From Myxococcota bacterium (lineage in GTDB: Bacteria; Myxococcota_A; Polyangia; Polyangiales; Houyiibacteriaceae), in NCBI GenBank assembly GCA_039186435.1, contig JBCDAA010000003.1:1-60857 (forward strand): a stretch of 60,857 nucleotides of DNA, read 5' to 3'. Below the pieces are notes generated by a model, which was not told the origin of the DNA, made no database searches, and saw nothing but the letters and a program-made list of their open reading frames with translations. Shown here one piece after another: positions 54,676 through 60,857 of this stretch. The position numbers and the translations under genes were made by a program. How positions within the stretch are numbered: the first letter of the stretch is position 1; the number at the start of each line of letters is the position of its first letter.

Positions 54676-56192
54676 GCGCACAAGTCGATTTTGCAGCGTT
54701 GGGCCTTGAGCGACTTTCCTTTGACCACGCCGCACCCTTTCGGATGCGGAAACTGGGCGACAAAACCCTGCTCACGAGCGTCGCGGGGCGATACGCGCTT
54801 CTCGACGACGAAGAGCTCCGTGCATTCGCCACCGGTGCGATCAAGGAGGGCACGCCCCTCTATGAGACGCTGAGCGAAGCAAACCTACTTCGCGACACGT
54901 TCGACGTGCCCGCGGCTGCGCAGATGCTTCAAGCGCGGCGCGCGTTCGTGGGTGCTGGACCGAATCTGCACGTTTTCGTCGTGACGCTCCGCTGCAACAC
55001 GACGTGCGTTTACTGCCATGCGTCGCGCGCCAACATGGACGCTGTCCACACGGACATGACGCCTGCCGTCGCGGAGAAGTGCGTCGACTTCGTGCTCTCA
55101 TCGACCAACCCTGCGATCACGATTGAGTTCCAGGGCGGTGAACCGCTTGTCGCCTTCGACACGGTTAAGCACATCATCGAGTACGCTCTCGAGAAGAACA
55201 AAACCATCGGGAAGGAACTCGAGTTCACGATGGTCTCGAACCTTTCCTTGATGGATGAGGAAAAGCTCACGTACTTGCTCGAGCATCGCGTGCAGCTTTG
55301 CACCAGCATCGATGGTCCGCCGGACATCCACGACAAGGTTCGCAAGCTCCCCAAGGCCTACGGCGATAGCGGTCACGACCTCGCGGTGCAGTGGACCCGT
55401 CGAATCAACGAGCGGTACCGAGAGATGGGCCTTGACGAGACCCTCTACCATGTCGAAGCGCTCGTCACGACGACCCGCGGGCTCCTTCCGCGCTGGAAGG
55501 AGCTCGTCGACACCTACGTTGGCCTCGGGTGCCGGGCGCTCTTTCTGCGGCCGCTCGATCCCTTCGGCTTCGCGGATCGAACCGGCAAGCGCATCGAATA
55601 CCCGCGCGAGGAGTACCTCGAGTACTACCGCAACGCGGTCGAGTACATGATCGAGCTAAACCACCAGGGGGTGGAGATCCTCGAGCGCTACGCGGCCATC
55701 TTTCTGACGAAGATCCTTCGGGGCGAAGACCCCAACTTCCTCGACATTCGTCAGCCCGCCGGCGCGGGCATCGGGCAGCTCGCGTACAACTACGACGGGC
55801 AGATCTTCACCTGCGACGAAGGTCGTATGTTGCACGAGATGGGTGACGATGCGTTTCACCTCGGTCATGTGGACACGTCGTCCTACCGCGACATCGTCGG
55901 CCATCCGACCGTCCGCGCGGTGGTCATCGCGGGGCAGCTTCAGGGACTCCCTGACTGCACCGACTGTACGTACCAGCCCTACTGCGGCGTCCCGCCAGTT
56001 CACAGCCACAAGGTTCAGGGGACCATCTTCGGTCGGATGCGCGAGTCGACCCTTTGTCAGGTACACAAGGGCATCCAGGACTACCTCTTCGAGAAGATTG
56101 CGGAGGGCGATCCCAAGACTCTGGAGGTCTTTGAACGCTGGACGACCATTCGCCCGCGGGAGCACTTTCTTCACCCGCCGGGCGAAGAGTAG
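54672..56192 (+). CDS. hxsB: His-Xaa-Ser system radical SAM maturase HxsB
   Basis: N-terminal PFR.RKL..LLT..G, GPNLH.FVVTLRCNTTCVYCHAS, IEFQGGEP, CTSIDGP, GAGIGQLAYNYDG.IFTCDEGRM, and CTDCTYQPYCG. Confidence 0.9.
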   Translation: MSAQVDFAALGLERLSFDHAAPFRMRKLGDKTLLTSVAGRYALLDDEELRAFATGAIKEGTPLYETLSEANLLRDTFDVPAAAQMLQARRAFVGAGPNLHVFVVTLRCNTTCVYCHASRANMDAVHTDMTPAVAEKCVDFVLSSTNPAITIEFQGGEPLVAFDTVKHIIEYALEKNKTIGKELEFTMVSNLSLMDEEKLTYLLEHRVQLCTSIDGPPDIHDKVRKLPKAYGDSGHDLAVQWTRRINERYREMGLDETLYHVEALVTTTRGLLPRWKELVDTYVGLGCRALFLRPLDPFGFADRTGKRIEYPREEYLEYYRNAVEYMIELNHQGVEILERYAAIFLTKILRGEDPNFLDIRQPAGAGIGQLAYNYDGQIFTCDEGRMLHEMGDDAFHLGHVDTSSYRDIVGHPTVRAVVIAGQLQGLPDCTDCTYQPYCGVPPVHSHKVQGTIFGRMRESTLCQVHKGIQDYLFEKIAEGDPKTLEVFERWTTIRPREHFLHPPGEE

Positions 56193-56308
56193 TGATTTCA
56201 GGAGTTTGTCGTCTTTTCCGCGCGAACCCTCTCCGCCGAAAATTGCAGGCTCCCGGGAGTCCATCGCGTGACAAGAGCCCGCCGGGGAGGCTAAGATAGC
56301 CACATATC

Positions 56309-56626
56309 ATGGCGGATTCGGATCACCGAGACGACGATCAAGATCAAGACTGGGGCGACGACTTCGGCGACGAGCTTCCGAGCTTTGAGCGGGAAGCGGC
56401 GGGGTCCTTGAACGTCGAGGAAAAGGAAATGTCCGAACGTGCGCGCGCCAACGCGGACGAGGTGGACGCTTCCGGAAGCCAGCGCGGTGCACAGCACTGT
56501 TCGCACGGCTCCCATGGCTCGCACGGAAGCCACGGTTCGCACGGCAGTCACGGCTCGCACGGCAGTCACGGCTCGCACGGCAGCCACGGCTCGCACGGCA
56601 GCCACGGATCCCACGGCAGCTGGTAG
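56309..56626 (+). CDS. hxsA: His-Xaa-Ser repeat precursor peptide (HxsA-type)
   Basis: 62-aa acidic leader, then HCS, 13 x HGS and a terminal W. Lies between two radical SAM genes. Confidence 0.9.
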   Translation: MADSDHRDDDQDQDWGDDFGDELPSFEREAAGSLNVEEKEMSERARANADEVDASGSQRGAQHCSHGSHGSHGSHGSHGSHGSHGSHGSHGSHGSHGSHGSHGSW

Positions 56627-56632
56627 GCCCCG

Positions 56633-57682
56633 ATGGAAGGCAAACTGCGCCTTCCTCTCGCGGATCGGGCCGACACCGCGCGCGATGTAAGCGCACGGAT
56701 TCAGGAGAAGGCCGAACGCGTCCACATCCTTACCGGCCCGGTGTGCAACAACAACTGCATCTTCTGCATGGAGGAAGATCGGGAGGGTCGAAAGATCCTC
56801 AACTCGCAAACGGACGACGCCCTCGTGGACTGGATCCTCGAGCAGAACGCGCCCTGTGAGGAGGTCTGCTTTACCTCCGGCGAGCCGACGATGAACAAGA
56901 GCCTTCCGCGCTGGGTGCAGAAAGCGCGAAAGGCGGGTGTGGATCGGGTCAGCGTGATGACCAACGCGCGAGCGCTCTCCTACCTGCGCTACGCCCAGAT
57001 GCTCGTCAAAGCGGGGATGAACCGCTTCTACGTGTCCATTCATGGTCACACCGCTCGGCTTCACGAGAGTTTGGTGCGAACACCAGGCGCTTTCGACCAG
57101 ACCGTCGAGGGCATCCGCAACATCACAAAGCTCAAGCGCTACGGCGTCGAGCTTCACACCAGCACCGTGGTGACCAAGCGGAACCTTCCGCACCTCAAGG
57201 ACATCTATCGGTTCCTTCGAGCACTTGGCGTCGATCAAGTGGTCTTCAACATCATGCAGGCGAACGGCCGGGCCGATACCTACTTCGAGCGTATCTTTCC
57301 CCGCTACTCGGATATCGCCGCGGAGGCCGCGCGTTTTGTGGAGGGGGAGACCGGGCCGGTGATGGCGTTCTTCGTCGACATTCCGCTCTGCACGACGACC
57401 GCCCTGCCCGACTTCAACCGAGGCTTTGTCGAGGCCTACAAACACTACGAGCCCGACGACGGAAGCGCGGGCGGTCACGACGTTCGCCTGAAGGTGCTCG
57501 ACCGCGCGGAGGACGAAGAGGGCCCCGTTGCCGTTCGGCGAAGCGACCTTGATGACGACCTCCGCCAAAAGCGGGCGGAATGCCGGAGCTGCCGCTACGA
57601 CGCGGTGTGTGAGGGCGTTTGGTCGAACTACCTGAAGCGTTTTGGCTGGGACGAGATGGTGCCGGTGCCCTTCGATGACTGA
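56633..57682 (+). CDS. hxsC: His-Xaa-Ser system radical SAM protein, HxsC-like
   Basis: CNNNCIFC, FTSGEPT, MTN, SIHGH...H, GAFDQT..G, IPLC, and C-terminal CRSCRYDAVCEG. Starts 6 bp after the precursor. Confidence 0.82.
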   Translation: MEGKLRLPLADRADTARDVSARIQEKAERVHILTGPVCNNNCIFCMEEDREGRKILNSQTDDALVDWILEQNAPCEEVCFTSGEPTMNKSLPRWVQKARKAGVDRVSVMTNARALSYLRYAQMLVKAGMNRFYVSIHGHTARLHESLVRTPGAFDQTVEGIRNITKLKRYGVELHTSTVVTKRNLPHLKDIYRFLRALGVDQVVFNIMQANGRADTYFERIFPRYSDIAAEAARFVEGETGPVMAFFVDIPLCTTTALPDFNRGFVEAYKHYEPDDGSAGGHDVRLKVLDRAEDEEGPVAVRRSDLDDDLRQKRAECRSCRYDAVCEGVWSNYLKRFGWDEMVPVPFDD

Positions 57683-58175
57683 GCGGCGTGTCGTCCTGAT
57701 GCGGCATGCGAAGAGTTCCTGGAAAAGCGATGCGCCGACGGACCACGCGCGGCCACTAAACAAACGAGGGCGACGAGCCGCCCCGAAGGTCGCGCTGGAG
57801 CTAAAGCGTCTCGACTGGGTGCCTGACCTCGTTCTCTCGAGCGATTCGGTGCGAACGACCGAGACCTGGGATCTCATGCACGAGGCGATGGGAGGGGAGC
57901 GTCCGGTGCGTTTTCTGCCGGAGCTCTACCACGGCGACACGGACGACATTCGTAGCGCGCTCGCCACGGTGGGCGAGTCCTTTCGCACGGTGCTAGTGCT
58001 CGGCCACAACCCCGGCTGGGAGGAAGCGCTCTTTTGGTTTTCGGGTCGCGACGAAGAAATGAAGACGGCGTGCGCGGCGCTTCTGACGAAGAAGGCGATC
58101 AGCTGGGCGGAGGCGTCGCAGTCCGCGACGACCTGGGCCCTCGCTCATTTTATTGCGCCGCGGGAGCTCGAGTAG
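57675..58175 (+). CDS. SixA-type histidine phosphatase
   Basis: LMRHAKS, D..RPL..RG, SS...RT.ET, LY, and GHNPG. The ATG overlaps the hxsC stop. Confidence 0.9.
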   Translation: MTERRVVLMRHAKSSWKSDAPTDHARPLNKRGRRAAPKVALELKRLDWVPDLVLSSDSVRTTETWDLMHEAMGGERPVRFLPELYHGDTDDIRSALATVGESFRTVLVLGHNPGWEEALFWFSGRDEEMKTACAALLTKKAISWAEASQSATTWALAHFIAPRELE

Positions 58176-58383
58176 GCGCGGTCCGTCCGACCCAGACACT
58201 CGCCGCACCAAGTCTTGCCCATGCCCGTGCCCGTGCGCTTGCCCGAATCAGCCAGACACCCGCCGCGGAACTCCATCGGCAAGGGCACGGGCAAGCCTGC
58301 TGTCGTGGAACCAGAACTGCAACAACCGAACACCGTGCGAGAGCACTTTCGCTGGAGCGGCTGCAGCGACCTATGCTCGTCGC

Positions 58384-59088
58384 ATGCGGGTCGTTACTGC
58401 AGTACTCCTGCTCTTCGGGTGCGAAGGCGCGAACGACTACAGCGATACCCCCGATCTTGCGTCGATTCGCCGCGCGTTCCTCTGCGGCTCGGCAGTGGGA
58501 TCCGCCCGCGACGCTTGCGACACGGTCGATGCGTTTGAGCGTGCTAGCGCTGTACGCTTTCCAGCAACCCGAACTGTTTACGTTGGGCAACCGATCTGTT
58601 CGACCGGTCTCAATCCTGGTGCCTTCAAGCGTTACGCACTCGAGGCGGGCACGCCGACAGCCAGCCGCCGTGTCGACGTCGCCCACCTCCCTGCCGGGTT
58701 TCTCTACGAGCGCATCATTTCCTACAACGACCAGTTGCCTGGCTTGATCCCTGCCGCCGAGCAGACCCTCCGTGCCCTTGCGAACGAAGAGCCCACGCCA
58801 GGCGTGGCGGCTTCCGCGACCGAAGCGATGCCTCGTCGCTGGGAGGAATGGCGCGGGCGTCGTTCGACTTCGCCGGTGTCCGACCTCGCCCAAAGCGACG
58901 GGAGAAGCCTCCTGATTGCCCCCGGCCGTACCCCGGCGGCGTGGGACGATGCGCAACCCCGAGCGAGCTTTACCTACATCCGGCAGGAAGGCCGGGAGCT
59001 CTACGCGATCCGTCCGCCAACAGGCAGTGGCCCCCTCGGTCACGAAGCCTGCGTTGTCCGCGCCTTCTCCTTGCCCGAGGGCGAGTAG
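58384..59088 (+). CDS. Hypothetical lipoprotein
   Basis: MRVVTAVLLLFGC lipobox at 58384. Confidence 0.55.
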   Translation: MRVVTAVLLLFGCEGANDYSDTPDLASIRRAFLCGSAVGSARDACDTVDAFERASAVRFPATRTVYVGQPICSTGLNPGAFKRYALEAGTPTASRRVDVAHLPAGFLYERIISYNDQLPGLIPAAEQTLRALANEEPTPGVAASATEAMPRRWEEWRGRRSTSPVSDLAQSDGRSLLIAPGRTPAAWDDAQPRASFTYIRQEGRELYAIRPPTGSGPLGHEACVVRAFSLPEGE

Positions 59089-59322
59089 CGTCCGGACACG
59101 GTGTGCACGCTCGCCGCGTTTGCGACGGAGGCGCGTTCGGTCCTTCCCTCGGAGTGGAGCCGCGTGTGGAAACGCGACCGCTTTCGGGGATCTGACCGTT
59201 CGACAGACCTGTCAGTTCATCAATCGGTGCGACTCCCAGTCAGTGCGAGACGCTGAAACTAACCGCACGGTCGGTTTAAGCAGAGAGCCCCTTCGAACGC
59301 CCAGCCGAACGTTGCGTTCGCA

Positions 59323-59862
59323 TCACGTCGGCTCGGCTCTCCACGTCGGTCCTTCGGAGACGTCGATCGAAACGGCGTCCCGCGCGCGAAACTCGTCTCC
59401 CTCGAAGCGGTCGCGATAAACGGTGCTCACGCCCGGGCACGCGCTTCGCGCCGCGCACGTCTCACAGGCGCTTCCGAAGGACTGTGCTTCCGTACGTCGC
59501 GCGCGGGTTGCGTAGGGCCCGAGCAAGCAGAGCGGCCACGCCAAGAGGGAGACCTCGATGCCCTGACGTTCGGCGCGAGTAAGCGCGTGCAACACCCGAG
59601 GCGCGGCGAGCGCTAACCGCGGCGCCACCGCGTCGATTTCGCCGGCCGTGGGTACTGGCGCCAGGGACCAGCGCTCTACCTTTTCGCGAACGAGAACGGG
59701 CAAGAGGTGATCGAGGGCGCGCATGTTGGAGCGCGTCACCCACGTCAGAACGGTCCGCGGGGTTGAGGCCCGTAGCGCCTTGAGAGACTCCGTATAGACG
59801 GGAAACCCGAGGGCCGAGTGATAGTCGTGAACCTGCTGCGTCCCGAAGAGGACGGTGCTCAT
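59323..59862 (-). CDS. Truncated radical-SAM-like protein (HxsC-like C-terminal half, no CxxxCxxC)
   Basis: LFG...VHD, VTRSN, APRL, WPLCLLGP, and CETCAARSACPGV...Y..RF...E. The ATG overlaps the upstream stop. Confidence 0.65.
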   Translation of the reverse strand: MSTVLFGTQQVHDYHSALGFPVYTESLKALRASTPRTVLTWVTRSNMRALDHLLPVLVREKVERWSLAPVPTAGEIDAVAPRLALAAPRVLHALTRAERQGIEVSLLAWPLCLLGPYATRARRTEAQSFGSACETCAARSACPGVSTVYRDRFEGDEFRARDAVSIDVSEGPTWRAEPT

Positions 59863-60857
59863 GTGTCGAAGAGGCCGTTGCTGATCTGAATCTCGAAGGG
59901 CGCACAGGTCACCGCCGCACCCATGCGCCGCACTACCTGAAGGAAGTACGTCTGGGAGTTGTCGGAGCACTTGCTGACGTTGGTCGTGTTGACGCTGCTG
60001 GCCGTGCACGGACATTCGCCAGTGCGTCGCCCAGCGAGGGTTTCGCGGAAGTCGGTGGCCCAGCTGAAGCCGGTAAACCCGGACGCCGGACAGACTGCGC
60101 TGTCGCAGGTGCCCTGAAAGACGTTGAAGCGATAGGTGTCGTCCGGGTTCGTCATAAAGCGGACGTCGACGTGAAAGTTGTCGCAGCTTGTGTCGGGCGC
60201 GTCGATCGCGCGGAATTGGTACCAAATCTCTCGACCCGCAGGCACGAGGTTGCCGGTCACCATCTGCATTTGTCCGTCATCGCGCACGTCACCGAGGTTG
60301 ATCGGCGCGCCGCACGCCATGCCCATCCCCATCGCCGGGGTCGCAGTGCACTCGCATCCGTTGTCGGCCACGCCGTCGACGTCGTACTGGTTCGGCGGGC
60401 ACCCGCACGCGCCGTCGATGCACTCGCCGCCCATCGGGTCGTCCGCGCAGAGAAGGCCCGGGTTGCCCTCGTCGATCATCTCATCGCAGTCCTCGTCCAT
60501 GAGGTTGCAGAGCTCCATCGCGAGCGGGCTGATGTTCGGGTCAGCTTCGTTGCAATCTTCGGCGGCCGGCGAGCCGTCTCCATCGATGTCGAGGTCCCCT
60601 GGAACGCAGTTGTTGTTCCGGCAGAGGCTGAGTTCGCCGGGGCACTCCGCGTCGCTGAAGCATCCGGGGAAGGGTTCGCAGCTTCCACCGACGCAGCGCG
60701 TGAAGCCTTCGCACACCACCCCATCACACGGGTCCGGGGCTGTGTCGACGCCCGCGTCGACGCCCGTATCGCGACCCCCACCGTCGGTTGTGCCTCCGTC
60801 CGAGGGTGTCGGTCGGTCCGTGCATCCTTGCAGGCTGTCGCAGAACTGACCCATGCC
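59859..60857 (-). CDS. Cys-rich secreted protein with putative metal-binding repeats (partial, begins beyond the window)
   Basis: DIDGDGSPAAEDCNEADPNISPLAMELCNLMDEDCDEMIDEG (myxobacterial putative metal-binding motif) and DVDGVADNGCEC. Confidence 0.8.
   Translation of the reverse strand, partial: GMGQFCDSLQGCTDRPTPSDGGTTDGGGRDTGVDAGVDTAPDPCDGVVCEGFTRCVGGSCEPFPGCFSDAECPGELSLCRNNNCVPGDLDIDGDGSPAAEDCNEADPNISPLAMELCNLMDEDCDEMIDEGNPGLLCADDPMGGECIDGACGCPPNQYDVDGVADNGCECTATPAMGMGMACGAPINLGDVRDDGQMQMVTGNLVPAGREIWYQFRAIDAPDTSCDNFHVDVRFMTNPDDTYRFNVFQGTCDSAVCPASGFTGFSWATDFRETLAGRRTGECPCTASSVNTTNVSKCSDNSQTYFLQVVRRMGAAVTCAPFEIQISNGLFDT

Noticed and set aside
56291-57877. 528-aa minus-strand ORF with AVR/AVT repeats
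   Set aside because: Antisense shadow of hxsA/hxsC. The plus strand carries the recognisable motifs.
58214-58297. GCCCGT-type repeats with an inverted copy (CTTGCCC...GGGCACGGGCAAG) as an ncRNA
   Set aside because: A short, simple REP-like hairpin of a kind common in such genomes, with no RNA family features.
59186-59291. Assignment as SRP, 6S, tmRNA or hammerhead RNA
   Set aside because: The diagnostic motifs are absent (SRP GGAA-loop helix, tmRNA ends, exact CUGAnGA/GAAA core). Kept only as an unassigned candidate.

Overview
GC-rich bacterial chromosomal segment. Its content points to a Polyangiales/Sandaracinaceae-like Myxococcota (inference from a MYXO-CTERM-type tail, a DUF1552/DUF1592 pair, many Cys-rich lipoproteins and argE-argA). 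About 55 genes can be supported. No rRNA, tRNA, CRISPR array or transposase was recognised. Ordinary content: a 7TM-DISM kinase/NarL pair, a hybrid GAF-PAS kinase, a HelD-like helicase, an RluA plus methyltransferase fusion, an EXPERA protein, a carbohydrate porin plus GH13 amylase, PP2C, argE/argA and an L,D-transpeptidase. The main highlight (about 50.7-59.9 kb) is an expanded His-Xaa-Ser (Hxs) radical-SAM, RiPP-like locus. It holds two HxsD-like proteins, HxsB, a precursor with an acidic leader and an HCS-(HGS)13-W core, and an HxsC-like enzyme whose stop overlaps a SixA phosphohistidine phosphatase. Nearby are a radical SAM-methyltransferase fusion downstream of a Fur-box-like palindrome and a truncated HxsC-like protein. 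The second highlight is a VIT-vWA protein, in an operon with an ECF sigma factor, whose C-terminus resembles two non-adjacent pieces of translation initiation factor IF2 with no GTPase domain. A dispersed REPIN/MITE-like repeat family is also present, including one element with a perfect 28-bp terminal inverted repeat. All calls come from reading motifs by eye; no database search was run.
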